A stretch of DNA of 64,000 bases from Eledone cirrhosa (GCA_964016885.1 OZ024742.1:23870001-23934000), one strand, 5' to 3'; positions 28,917-42,232 are shown, counted from the stretch's first letter. Numbers and translations: made by a program. The notes: a model not told the origin generated them from the letters alone.

Positions 28917-28919
<3 letters not shown>
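28648..28919. mobile_element. Fold-back element (62-bp inverted arms) enclosing a hammerhead and a 16-bp hairpin; probable Penelope-like element terminus
   Basis: 28,648-28,709 is the reverse complement of 28,858-28,919 with about 3 mismatches; inner hairpin TTGTGGTGACAGTCAA...TTGACTGTCACCACAA at 28,809-28,856. Confidence 0.7.
28766..28804 (-). ncRNA. Minimal type I hammerhead ribozyme
   Basis: Minus strand UGAAC-CUGAAGA-u-UGC-GAAA-GCA-u-GAAA-GUAC-UU-GUUCA: 5-bp stem I, intact CUGANGA/GAAA/UH core, palindromic stem III AGUACU. Confidence 0.8.
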
Positions 28920-29252
<333 letters not shown>

Positions 29253-29350
29253 AATAGTGTATGTATGTGTATTATTTTCATTATTGTTTTCCACCCGATT
29301 TCCCATGTCATCGTGCGTATGAAGTGGCTGTTTCATGCAATGTGTTTCAA

Positions 29351-29381
<31 letters not shown>

Positions 29382-31122
29382 ACTTGACAATTTTTTTACA
29401 CCCTCACCTCCACCTCTTCATGATACTCAGTAATATGGTATAGTCTAAACACCAATATACACATATATTTTCACCCCCCCCCCCCCCTTCATGTCCTGCA
29501 GTAATACAGTGTACCCTGATTACCTGCCTGCGTGCACATATATATTCTCGTCATCCATCATATTTTCCATCTTATAAAGCTGCTTGCCAGAATATCCCTA
29601 GAAGGTAATCCCTAGAAGGTAACTACAGGAGATTGACCAATGAGAAAGTGAATATACTCCAATTAAATTTAACTATCATTGAAATCGTCAGTTATAAAAA
29701 GAGAGTGAATTGCATTGAGGGAAAGAAAGGCACACTGAGTAGCTGGAATAATCACTGTGATTCTGAGCGTATTTGATGAAGTGGGCATAGGTACTTTAAA
29801 AGTCAAGAAAGGATAATACTAAATGAATAACATATCTTCATTATCAATTTCTGAAAGGACAAAGTAGTTGCACTGGAAAGAAAGAAATATGGAGATATTA
29901 AACTGATTGAACCAAAATTGCTCACACCTGATACCCGCTTTCTGTGAAAATTCTGAGAAATTCTTAACGTGAATTTCTCAGCAAAGTGTATGCCACGTAG
30001 AGTTTTTAATCTGATGGAGCAAAAATATGACGGTATCAAAAATGTTATAGCACAACAAATTCAGATGAAAATGATTTTAAAAGACATGCAACCCTGATTT
30101 CTGCCAAAGCGGTTAACTAGTCATACCTACATTCTATGGAAATTCTTAGAAGTTCTTAACATGAATTTCTTAACAAAGTTCAAACCACGATATTTACAGT
30201 TAATTTACATGGTAGAAGACCTTCGTTTGGATACCATGCGTAGTATTCTGGTGGTCATTAAGGTAATTGCATGTACGTGAATAGCTTGTGAGAGCCACGT
30301 GATCAGCAAAGTGAGAGTTAGCAGCGTTTACAGAAAGAAAATGTTGCTCACCTTAGATGGTTGACAAGGTTTGATCATTCGACCCCGGCACTCTGTTTAT
30401 TATAAATCTCCATGGAAGTACAGAAACGTTTAAGACCAGCAATATGTAGGAGAGTCTGTATGACAATGAACTAGTTCTTATAATGGAATCTGTCAAACAT
30501 TTAGAATAAACATTCCAAATATAGAAGCAAGAACTAGAATCAGGAGGTTGTAGAATAAACCTAGAAAAGGTAAATGTTTTATTTAGCAGGGAAGACAACA
30601 GTATTCTAAAGCCAGCTGGCAAGTGGCCATATTCAAGTTTCATATATGGACATATATGTTTATGTGTGCATGCGTGTATGTGTGCATATAGAGCATATAC
30701 ATATGTATATGTTGTGTATGTCTATGTGTGGGTTTATATATCGAACACCATTTTTTAAACTACATATTATCTAAAACAGGACTGCGCTTTTTATTATGGA
30801 TTTGCCTTATTTCCTTAATAATCATTTATTTGGAACAATAAAGTATCTAGGACTATTGACATTTGTAGATCTTACCAGTCTTATCTTCAGAACGAACAGG
30901 CTATTTCTGGCATTTGTTATTACTATTTTATAGTATCTAGGAATCATGGGATTGATTTTCTATCTGTCTCCCATTTTTTATCACCAGATTTGGAATTTCT
31001 TGACCATTAACAGACTATAAGAGACTGATAAGAAATTATGGAATAAGTCTTAATAAAACAGATAAAACTAGAGCAAAGCCATGTTTCTTTTTCTATATAA
31101 ACATAAATATACAACCACACAC

Positions 31123-31130
31123 TGTGTGTG

Positions 31131-31203
<73 letters not shown>

Positions 31204-31250
31204 ATGTGCATGTGTGCATGTATGTGTGTGTGTGTGTCTGTGTGTGTGTG
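31123..31250. repeat. (TG)n microsatellite
   Basis: Direct reading. Confidence 0.95.
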
Positions 31251-31306
31251 TATATGGATGTTTGTCTGTGCACGCCAGTTTGAGTGAGTTTATACATGTT
31301 ATAAAC

Positions 31307-31453
31307 GGAGAATCGGTTGAAGCGTTAGAACGTCGGTTAGTATGCATTGCGCTATTCGTTCCAGCTCTCAGCCCTCTCAGTTGAAAACCCGCCGAGGTCA
31401 ACGTTGCCTTTCATTCTTTCAAGGCCGACAAAATGTATCAGTCTAGTACTGGG
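31307..31453 (+). mobile_element. tRNA-derived SINE, diverged copy (Octopus-type)
   Basis: CCCGCCGAGGTCAACGTTGCCTTTCAT...AGTACTGGG matches the copies at 32.9 kb and 33.5 kb; resembles abundant Octopus SINEs from memory. Confidence 0.7.
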
Positions 31454-31971
31454 ACCACTTTTCCCTCTATATCTCTTTCTCACGTCCTCTCTCTCATTTT
31501 CTATATTCAAACCTGGTGAGATGTGCTCCATCAGGCTTTAACCCTTTAGCATTTACGTTACTTTATATATATTATTATATTTTCACGATAAAGGCTTTAC
31601 CTTACATAATTATCTCACATAATATTGAATGCATGAGATTTTGATATTATTTATTTTGAGAACAATACCTTAACATCAGTATGAGCGGCCAATTATGGCT
31701 GGTTTGAAAAGAAAGAGGTGAGAGAATTCTGGCAGGATATGGCCGGTTTAAATGTCCCTGACTACCTCAAGAGTTACGGGACCATACCAACCATATCCCA
31801 TACATTTTAAAATTAGATGTGATATTGATGGCAGCTGTAGTCATGTGTAGTTCTAGTGATTTGTAGGTTTTATAGTTATCATTGCCATTCAGCATGACAC
31901 AGTATATAACAAAGCTGGGACTTTGAACCACAGATACAACTGTATTTTGAGTAATATGAAATAAAACGTAT

Positions 31972-32052
31972 TACTTAAGGGCCCAACGCACCTTTGAGAA
32001 TCAAACTCCCGATCTTACGATCGTGAGCGAAACATCCTAACCCATAAACCAT
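31972..32052 (-). mobile_element. tRNA-derived SINE head fragment
   Basis: Minus strand GGTTAGGATGTTTCGCTCACGATCGTAAGATCGGGAGTTTGATTCTC has A-box/B-box-like spacing. Confidence 0.55.
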
Positions 32053-32891
32053 GTAATTTCAAGAATGTAAATGTAATACTGAAGGGATGGATAATGTTGC
32101 CCGACTCCCTCATCATCTTCGCCAACCCTTCCATTTGATCGAGACAGTTCTATTTCTTATTTCACATTTAAATAATTCTAAACATGAAAAATATAATCAA
32201 CAAAACTTTAGAAATCCATCTTCATCTTTCTCTGGGAGATAATCAAAAACAACAGAACGAAATATTTATTCCATTGTTCCTATCTCAGACTGTCACCAAA
32301 ATATATATTAACATTTCATTTTCAATTTCACAAAAGTTTCAATCTCCAAAAAAGATAATTTTACGACTTCTAACCCGAACAGGTCAAATAATGTCAACTG
32401 ATTCAATTAACTTTTGAGGTTTTTGTTTGAAACGAAAATCATGACGAAGCACTGACTTCTTTCCCCAATTACCATTATAATTAGTTATTCTAAATGGCTT
32501 CTAATGTTTCATTTCATGTCTTTTGAGTGTATGAAGATTATGGATGCGATACTATTAATAACTTCTTCTTCTGAATTATTTATCGTCACTTATATTGATT
32601 GTTTGAATAATTAATGAGCTGAGGTCTATTATTATGATGTGAGAGGGAAAAATGTCAAATCGCATTCCCCAAACTACTTCTCACTTGCAACAAACAAACA
32701 AACGCCATCATCATTCTATTGTTGAATTTAAATTCTATTTCGTTACACAAAATTATTTTTGGATAAAGTATTTTCTTTTACAGTTTTTCTCATTTATAAA
32801 TTAACCCATGATAGATTGTGTTTTCAAATTAAATTCCATTATATTAATCAAAGATGTAGTATCTTCGAGATATTACCATCATTATTGAAGT

Positions 32892-33071
32892 TGGCAGTAT
32901 CGGTAGAGGGTCGGACGCCATGCTTTGCAGCACAGTTACGTCCCTTTACGTTCTGAGTTCAAATCCCGCCGAGGTTAACTTTGCCTTTCATCCTTACGGG
33001 GTCAATAAAATAAAGTACCAGTAATGTACTGGGTTATTTCTGGCCTTGTGCCAAAAGTAGAAACAATTATT
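32892..33071 (+). mobile_element. tRNA-derived SINE, near full length (Octopus-type)
   Basis: A-box-like TGGCAGTATCGGTAG, B-box GAGTTCAAATCC, body GCCGAGGTTAACTTTGCCTTTCATCC...AAGTACCAG...TACTGGG; three related copies in the window. Confidence 0.8.
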
Positions 33072-33534
33072 TAAGTATAAGGGAATTTTTGTGTTGATGA
33101 AAATACTTTGCGGTATCAATTCAGTGTATCAATGGTCTGAGTTCAGATTCCGTGCCATGTTCACCCCATATTTAACCAGTGTGGGTAATTAGGCTCACAA
33201 CCAGCATATTCACTGTAACTTCATCCAGAAGCGGCTCAAAAGCGTGAGAGTAAGAAAATATATAGGGTGTCATGAGTGTTGTGGTAAAATGGGGGAAGGT
33301 GAGCATATTTTTTGGAAAGGCAATGTCCAGTAATAAGCACAGCATAGTGTATATGGTACGGTCTCGTATCTCCTGATGGAGTCGTAGGGGCACCGTAATT
33401 GTATAAGACAGTTCTAGAGGAATTCTTTTAAACCGGCAGAGACCATCTCTCGCAAAGTCTGAACACAGCAGATTTCTTCAAGAGAAGGAGCGAGAGAGTG
33501 AGAGAGAAGAAGTGAGAAAGAAATATAGGGGAAG

Positions 33535-33668
33535 ATTCGACCCCAGTACTAGACTAGTACGGTTTTATCTACACCGAAAGGATTAGAGGCAAATTTGACG
33601 AAGGCGTTATTTCAGAGAGGAAAGAGTCGGAAAGAATACCTGAAAGTCTTCTATCCGATGTTCTAATG
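33535..33668 (-). mobile_element. Same SINE family, inverted diverged copy
   Basis: CGACCCCAGTACTAGACTAGTAC...GAAAGGAT..AGGCAAA is the reverse complement of the 32.9 kb SINE body. Confidence 0.65.
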
Positions 33669-34006
33669 TTCATTTTGCCCCTATAGTGTATATATTATCA
33701 GGAAAATGGTGACATAATAGAGTTGCGAGCGCTATCATTAAACAAACTCGAGATACAATCTCATAGTATGCCATGTAAACTTAAGCAGATATGAGTAATA
33801 CCACCATCACCACTACCACATCCACCATTTAAGGATCTAGAGATAGATGTACAAACGCAAGTTTAGAGCTGAAAATCCTTTTTAAGTATCTAAATAGTAA
33901 GACCTCAAGTGGATCTAGAAATAGATGTAAGGACATAATTTAAAGAAACCCCCTTATGAAAACTGTATAGAATTGATTTACAAAATCATATTAGGTATCT
34001 AAATAC

Positions 34007-34144
34007 CAGAGCTTGATCGACCGTTTCTTTTTCATGCCATCTTCCTCCGCAAAATCCGGATGGCTGCTCCCCACGCAAGGAAGAAATTGCGTGTGATGGA
34101 ATGACTGGTTCAGTGTATGCCACAGGCTGTTCTCTGCGGCAATG
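34007..34144 (-). CDS. Candidate 138-nt internal exon, product unknown
   Basis: Relatively GC-rich island bounded on the minus strand by TATCTTAG| and |GTATTT; length divisible by 3; two frames open. No recognisable homology. Confidence 0.2.
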
Positions 34145-34524
34145 CTAAGATATACTATACATATAGTCAGTGGCGGTGTAAAGTTTGTCCTTCTCTTTCC
34201 CACTCCTCTTGTTTCATTATTTAATTTCTCCACACCTCCCCGCCTGTTCTCTTTTCTCTCTGTTTATTATTTCAATACTTTTTAAAGCACATTATACTTC
34301 TGTTCAACAATAAATAAACAGTGTAATATATAAAAATATACAATGTAAATACCGATTTCCTTGGACAAAGATAAATTACATAACATTTTCTTTTAAAAAC
34401 AGAAATATATACTAATCTTAATCAACATTGTCATTATCAAAATTTGACGTACATTTTCCCTGCTAACAAGGGCTGGAAAGGTTGTCACAGACAAAAACAG
34501 GATTTAACCGGAGCTACATAACTA

Positions 34525-34800
34525 CAGGGCCGAGGAGGGTTAGCTCTCCAGATATCGGTCGCTCTCCCACAGGTTTGCCGTCGAACCCGTAGCAGTGGAG
34601 ACTTCTGGTGTCCTTGGCCCTAGGGCCTCCTCCCTACTCACTACCATCGGCACAGAGTTGGTTAGCCGCAGGTGTGAGCCTCGCGAGCTGGAATGGTTCT
34701 TCCAGCACATCTCAATCACCATCCTCCGGGGAAAGACCTTCTCTATTATGTCTGCCGGCGCCGAGGGCCGGCCAGCGCGTGGGCTCCCATTTGGTTATAA
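34525..34800 (+). mobile_element. 3' fragment of a restriction-like-endonuclease non-LTR retrotransposon (CRE-like), pseudogenic
   Basis: Translation AEEG*LSRYRSLSHRFAVEPVAVETSGVLGPRASSLLTTIG...EPRELEWFFQHISITILRGKTFSI fits the AE..K..KY...P.AVET.G...QRISIAIQRGN tail of CRE-clade proteins; in-frame stop. Confidence 0.72.
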
Positions 34801-34990
34801 TAGTGAGAGATGGTGAAAGTGAGAGAGACAGAAGTAGTGGCAGTGGGAGTTTGGTTCCGTTTTCAGTTTGGTTCATATATATATATGGACCTGATGTAGT
34901 TTTACATACCTATTTACCACATCACATTTTATATCAGAACTATTTGTTATGCAGGTGAGTGTTCTTCTCGGTCCTTTGTTTGGCATTGCT

Positions 34991-35203
34991 ATCATCATCA
35001 TCATCATCATCACCACCACCACCACCACCACCATCATCACCATCCTCATCATCATCACCATCATCATCATCATCACCACCATCGCCATCATCACCATCAC
35101 CATTATCATCAACATCACCACCACCACGATGATCATCACCACCACCATCATCACCATCATCATCATCGCCACCATCATCATCATCATTATTATCATTATC
35201 ATC
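34991..35203. repeat. (CAT/CAC)n trinucleotide repeat
   Basis: Direct reading. Confidence 0.95.
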
Positions 35204-35217
35204 GTTATTATAATTAA

Positions 35218-36694
35218 GTTGTTGTTTGTGATGATGATGGTGTTAATGGCGGTCAGTTCAGTCGTCGTTGATAGCCTCGATCCATCGTTAATGGATGATC
35301 ACCAACGACGTTGTTGTTTGTGATGATGATGGTGTTAATGGCGGTCAGTTCAGTCGTCGTTGATAGCCTCGATCCATCGTTAATGGATGATCACCAACGA
35401 CGTTGTTGTTTGTGATGATGATGGTGTTAATGGCGGTCAGTTCAGTCGTCGTTGATAGCCTCGATCCATCGTTAATGGATGATCACCAACGACGTTGTTG
35501 TTTGTGATGATGATGGTGTTAATGGCGGTCAGTTCAGTCGTCGTTGATAGCCTCGATCCATCGTTAATGGATGATCACCAACGACGTTGTTGTTTGTGAT
35601 GATGATGGTGTTAATGGCGGTCAGTTCAGTCGTCGTTGATAGCCTCGATCCATCGTTAATGGATGATCACCAACGACGTTGTTGTTTGTGATGATGATGG
35701 TGTTAATGGCGGTCAGTTCAGTCGTCGTTGATAGCCTCGATCCATCGTTAATGGATGATCACCAACGACGTTGTTGTTTGTGATGATGATGGTGTTAATG
35801 GCGGTCAGTTCAGTCGTCGTTGATAGCCTCGATCCATCGTTAATGGATGATCACCAACGACGTTGTTGTTTGTGATGATGATGGTGTTAATGGCGGTCAG
35901 TTCAGTCGTCGTTGATAGCCTCGATCCATCGTTAATGGATGATCACCAACGACGTTGTTGTTTGTGATGATGATGGTGTTAATGGCGGTCAGTTCAGTCG
36001 TCGTTGATAGCCTCGATCCATCGTTAATGGATGATCACCAACGACGTTGTTGTTTGTGATGATGATGGTGTTAATGGCGGTCAGTTCAGTCGTCGTTGAT
36101 AGCCTCGATCCATCGTTAATGGATGATCACCAACGACGTTGTTGTTTGTGATGATGATGGTGTTAATGGCGGTCAGTTCAGTCGTCGTTGATAGCCTCGA
36201 TCCATCGTTAATGGATGATCACCAACGACGTTGTTGTTTGTGATGATGATGGTGTTAATGGCGGTCAGTTCAGTCGTCGTTGATAGCCTCGATCCATCGT
36301 TAATGGATGATCACCAACGACGTTGTTGTTTGTGATGATGATGGTGTTAATGGCGGTCAGTTCAGTCGTCGTTGATAGCCTCGATCCATCGTTAATGGAT
36401 GATCACCAACGACGTTGTTGTTTGTGATGATGATGGTGTTAATGGCGGTCAGTTCAGTCGTCGTTGATAGCCTCGATCCATCGTTAATGGATGATCACCA
36501 ACGACGTTGTTGTTTGTGATGATGATGGTGTTAATGGCGGTCAGTTCAGTCGTCGTTGATAGCCTCGATCCATCGTTAATGGATGATCACCAACGACGTT
36601 GTTGTTTGTGATGATGATGGTGTTAATGGCGGTCAGTTCAGTCGTCGTTGATAGCCTCGATCCATCGTTAATGGATGATCACCAACGACGTTGT
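35218..36694. repeat. 92-bp tandem array, 16 apparently identical copies, each with an internal stem-loop
   Basis: Unit start GTTGTTTGTGATG at 35,221 and 36,601 (15 x 92 apart); CGTCGTTG/CAACGACG and ATCCAT/ATGGAT pair within each unit. Confidence 0.97.
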
Positions 36695-36758
36695 ATCAAT
36701 ATTTCACACGGAGGAGTAATAACCGGAATCAAGACATTCAGGCAGAAAACATTACATC

Positions 36759-36759
<1 letters not shown>

Positions 36760-36854
<95 letters not shown>

Positions 36855-37855
36855 TACACACATACATACATACACACACATACACACATACACACACACA
36901 CATACACACACACACATATACACACATACACACACATACACACACACACATATACACACACATACACACACATACACACACATACACACACATACACACA
37001 CATACACACACATACACACATACATACACACACATACATACATACACACACACACATACACACACATACACACATACACACACACAAATACACACACACA
37101 CATACACACACATACACACACACACACATACACACACACACACATACACACACATACACACACATACACACCCATACACACACATACACACATACACACA
37201 CATACATACATACACACACACACACATACACACCCATACACATATACACACACATACATACACACACACATACACACACATACAAACACACATACACACA
37301 CATAAATACACACACGCACACACCTACACACATACACACACACACATACACACACACATACCCAAACACATACCCACACACATACACATATACACACACA
37401 CATACACACACATACACACACACGTACACACGCATACACACAGACATACACACACATACACCCACACACATACATACCCACCCATACACACACACATACA
37501 CTCACATATATGCACACACATATATACACACATACACACACATACACACACACATACACACACATATATACACACACATACACACACATATTCACATATA
37601 CATACACCTATACACAAATATACACATATACACATTATACATACACGCATATACACACATATACACATACACACATATACACATACACACACATATATAC
37701 ACATGCACACACATATATACAACTGCACACACACATATACACAGGCACTCACACATATACATAGGCACTCACACATATACACACACCTATACCCAAATAT
37801 AGACATACGCACACACATATACACAGACAGACACATGTGCACACCAACACACGCA
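36760..37855. repeat. Degenerate (CA)n/(CATA)n tract
   Basis: Direct reading. Confidence 0.95.
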
Positions 37856-37950
37856 GTTGCAAACCAAATATGTCTCCAACATAGACAAACACAGATATAT
37901 GAAAAATGAAAATATTCATATACATATGTGAACTATATATATATATATAT

Positions 37951-38139
37951 ATAGGAAAATGTTATACCCCGACGGCAGAGCTCAAGCCGTTTCGACGGCT
38001 ATTTCTGGACTGAAATAGCCGTCGAAACGGCTTGAGCTCTGCCGTCGGGGTATAAATGTTTCCTATTACCCACTCTACTACTCTAAGTATTGAGTACTCT
38101 GGTGCGTTGTGGTCCATCTGGTTCCTTACCACACCTTCG

Positions 38140-38141
<2 letters not shown>
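37951..38141 (+). mobile_element. Palindromic element between two (TA)n tracts; probable Penelope-like terminus with fold-back
   Basis: Perfect 44-bp arms 37,962-38,005 / 38,012-38,055, loop TGGACT, outer ATAGGAAA/TTTCCTAT. The PLE assignment is inferred from analogy with the other HHR elements. Confidence 0.55.
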
Positions 38142-38205
<64 letters not shown>

Positions 38206-38545
38206 TTAATTATACTATTTATGGTTATGCAAATACAAAAACCTTTTGTAGGTATATATATTTTTATAAACCCTAAACAGTGGTAGGCAGTAATATATTA
38301 CTACCTTATTACCAGTAAGTTAAATAGCTCAATGTAATAACATCAGATGATTTACAGACCAGTTATATGTTCATGTTGTATTTTAACCTGTATTTTTGAT
38401 TGTATCTTTTAATATGAATGTAATCTCTAAATGTGTACTGCCACACTAAATGGTGTAATGAATGTTGACCCACAATATTTGCATATGTATCTGTATGTCT
38501 CTTGGGTGAAAAGGAGGTCATATAAGTGTTCATGCAATAATAAAT

Positions 38546-38592
38546 TGCTCCGAAGAATCCAAACCTCGGTTTGGAGGAAACAGTTGTAAGCA
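38546..38592 (+). ncRNA. Type I hammerhead motif with U4->C core change (probably impaired)
   Basis: UGCU-CCGAAGA-a-UCCAAAC-cucg-GUUUGGA-g-GAAAC-AGUU-GUA-AGCA; followed by ATAAAA and, about 40 nt later, (TA)n. Confidence 0.7.
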
Positions 38593-38630
38593 TAAAAATG
38601 TTTTGAACAGTTCTTTGATTCTTATAATTC

Positions 38631-38945
<315 letters not shown>

Positions 38946-39724
38946 TCAAAGTGGGGAAAGTTTGAAACATAAAAGCGTAAGTTGTTGTAATTCGGAGAGA
39001 AAAATCAAGAAATTATCAACAATTAAGTGGAAAAATCTGGCCCCAATACACAGACTGGTGGAAACACGTTCAATCAATGTGTTGGTAATAACAACGAAAG
39101 AATCGGTGACCAAGCCAAAAATGTCAGGAATAATGCCAAATTTTCGAAATTGTTACACCATTATCTCTAAAGAATGGCATTTTACCTCTGTCATCATCTT
39201 TCCTTGATGGATTGATTGGCAGCGTAGCCAGGTTCCTTAATAAGAATTCATCTCACCCTTAGTTCCTCATAGAAAAAAAAAAATACTGTTGAAATATAAT
39301 CAAAGCTAAATATTATCAGACCAATAACATCTTCCTTTGTAAAAGGAAATCGCTAAAGGAAAGTTCACAGTTTCAAAGAATTCAATAAACTTAATCTAAC
39401 AAAACAAATGTTAGATGAGTTCTTGTTTTGTTTGTTATTTTGTTTGTTGTTTAGTTATCAGGTTGGTATTTTTTGTCTTTTATTAGTTTTCACTTTTGGG
39501 AATTTTGGGTAATTCACTGGAGGAATTATTTTTCCTTCAAGACGATTTGTCCAATATTGTGGAATTGAAATTGTATTAGTGTGTGACACTACGAATGTGA
39601 ATATTTGCAGTCTGCAAGAGATTATCTGTATGTGTATGTATATCTGTGTGTGTGTCTAAGGTGAATTCACATGCATATACACATAAGTAAATATATGTTT
39701 ACTTTTCCGTCACCAGAAGAAGGG

Positions 39725-39895
39725 CGGTAGGTGTAAAAGCCAAACTCGCTCTCTTCAAATTGGTATTTGAGTCAACCCTTACCTATAGTCATGAATCTTG
39801 GGCAATGACTGAACGAATACGACCGCGAATACAAACGGCCAAAAATGTGGTTCCTCCGAAGGGTCTTTAGAGTAAGGTTACCAGACTGGATGAGT
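39725..39895 (+). mobile_element. RTE-clade LINE ORF fragment (frameshifted)
   Basis: KAKLALFKLVFESTLTYSHESWAMTERIRPRIQTA/MWFLRRV matches the post-RT LTYG.E.W...EM.FLRR motif of RTE elements. Confidence 0.75.
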
Positions 39896-40205
39896 TGGTG
39901 TTAAATCAAACGAAACTTAAATATCGGAGTAATGCCACTGTTGTAACTGATTATACATAACACATCCATGGAATGAGTGCTGTAAACCTCTGGCTATTTA
40001 TACCATATCTGTACTACAATATATATATAGATGGGCATAGCCTCACATTTATCCGTCTCTCTTGACTTGAAAATCATGAAACTTGAGAAACCGTTAAAAT
40101 CATAAATTAATGTAAATGCACGTTCTTAAAGACTCCAATTGCATTTTCAACTTATCTTTCTTATATTTCTACACATGTAATACACATTAAAAAACCTTAC
40201 TTTTG

Positions 40206-40287
<82 letters not shown>

Positions 40288-40329
40288 ATAAATCAAAAAC
40301 TTTACAAGTAAGTTAAGACATTTTTATTA

Positions 40330-40504
40330 GTCTAACGCACGTTTCAATAAATGAAATGTGAAGAATATAACTAATAGAAGATTTCCAGTTAAGCAGAGAT
40401 TTTAGTACATGGAAGTAAATCCATATATAACTAAGATTCAAGCATAAAACCAGAAAATTTAGCTCAATGTATATTTTCAACATCTCATTTCCATCTTCAT
40501 AGAC
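40330..40504 (-). ncRNA. Type I hammerhead motif with 148-nt stem II region and C3->A core change
   Basis: Minus strand GUCU-AUGAAGA-uGGAAAUGAGAUGU...ACAUUUCAUUUAUu-GAAAC-GUGC-GUU-AGAC, then AAUAAA and (TA)n/(TG)n about 55 nt downstream. Confidence 0.65.
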
Positions 40505-40779
40505 ATTTAAAATTATACATAAAGTTTAGGAGAAGCTTGTCTCTTATGGTATAAACCACCTGAATATCACAAAATCATACCAATATCTAAATGAGATCAT
40601 GCTATTATTAAGCCGTTAAAATAAGGGATACTAAATTTAAATAGAGAAAATATATAAAACTAACGACAAGTTGTTTATATTATATTTTAAATGGAAAGTG
40701 TGTGGGGGGAGGGGGTAAGGAACGCGAAAAGTGATGGTTAGTTTATAGATTGTAATAAGAGGTGGAGAAGGAGATGAAA

Positions 40780-41071
40780 TAAGAGAGATAGAGAGAGAAA
40801 GAGAGAGGGAGACAGAGAGAGGGGGAGAGAGAGAAAGAGAGAGAGAGAGAGAAAGTGAAGGTTATTGTAACTTAGGTTATATAGGGAGAGGTTGAGTAAA
40901 GCTATGTGTATGATACATAATATATATATTAATATATATACATATATATATCGAGAGAGATAGAGAGAGAGAGTGAGAGAGAGAAAGTGGAGGTTATTGT
41001 AACCTTTGATATATAAGGAGAGAGAGAGAGGGAGAGAGGGAGTGGTTAAGTAAAGCTATGTGTATGATATG

Positions 41072-41152
<81 letters not shown>

Positions 41153-41190
41153 GAGAGAGAGAGAAATAGAGAGAGAGGGGGAGAGAGAGA
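40780..41190. repeat. (GA)n/(TA)n tracts with an internal duplication (AAAGTG.AGGTTATTGTAAC and TAAAGCTATGTGTATGATA each twice)
   Basis: Direct reading. Confidence 0.8.
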
Positions 41191-41947
41191 GAAAAAAAGA
41201 GGAGAGAAAGCAAAAAAAGGAAAGTTGAAGTCGGGTTTATCATATATACTGTATAAAGAAAAAGATAGAAAAAGGAAGATAAAACTGAAACCAAATTATG
41301 AAACAAACAGAGATATATGCTTAAATTAAATATATACATAATTAGCTTCGCCAAACATTTTAAATAAGGAGTAGAAATAAACTGAAATATTATATACTAG
41401 AGTACATGGAGAGTAAATAAGTTTAAATATAGGAAACATTAAAAGTACATAAGCAAGTCCTTCGTTAAAAATGACATTATTTTGATCTATGAATAATATT
41501 CATATTTATAGTAATAAAAATTATAAAATTAAATAAATATTTCAATATATATTTCAATACATATAAATCATGACAAAGATAGATCGAAGTGATATATGAT
41601 TATAATAGTATATATAAATATTAATGAAAAATATAGATTTACATAAACATAAACATAAACATAAACTAATATATATAAAGTCATATACACACACAAACAC
41701 ACATACATACACACACACATACATATACACACACATACATACACAAACATACATACACACATATACATACACGCCTATATATAGACATACTCATACATAA
41801 ATATACAGAATGTCCACACATATACTTATGTATATATATATGTGTGTGTGTGTATACAAACACATACCAACACACACACACCGATACACACATATATATA
41901 TATATACATAAACATACACATACGCATACACAAACACACACACATAT

Positions 41948-42232
41948 ATCATCATCATCATCACAGTTTTACATCCCTTCTTCCAAGCTAGCATGGGTTA
42001 GACGGGTTATCCTGTTGTGGACAGTGTCCAGACGGCTGACCTGGTCTTGCTCATACGGAAACTGATTCTGGCTTGATTTCTACAGCTGGATGCCCTTCCT
42101 AACACCAACCTCATTTACAGTGAGTGCTGGGTGCTTTTTTTCCGTGGCGCCTACACATCCACTTTACATTGTGGGCTGGGTGGTTTTTTTGCCGTGGCAC
42201 CGCCGGGTCCACTTTACAGTGGGAGGAGTGGC
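41948..42232 (-). mobile_element. SINE 3' part with (TGA)n tail and GGAAGGGCATCCAGC core (MetaSINE-like core, RTE-type tail)
   Basis: Plus strand ATCATCATC...GCATGGGTTAGACGG...TTTCTACAGCTGGATGCCCTTCCTAACACCAACC; family assignment from memory. Confidence 0.65.

Noticed and set aside
33172-33480. Possible minus-strand exon after a polypyrimidine tract
   Set aside because: No recognisable protein; joining to the 34.0 kb candidate gives early stops.
35218-36694. CRISPR-like appearance of the 92-bp array
   Set aside because: Units are identical with no unique spacers, no cas genes, eukaryotic context.
36599-37909. His/Thr-rich 436-aa ORF and similar YI/CV-rich ORFs elsewhere
   Set aside because: Translations of dinucleotide microsatellites.
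38950-39270. Unique-looking segment with an 81-aa ORF and a possible 50-nt minus-strand exon
   Set aside because: No homology recognised and splice signals are weak.
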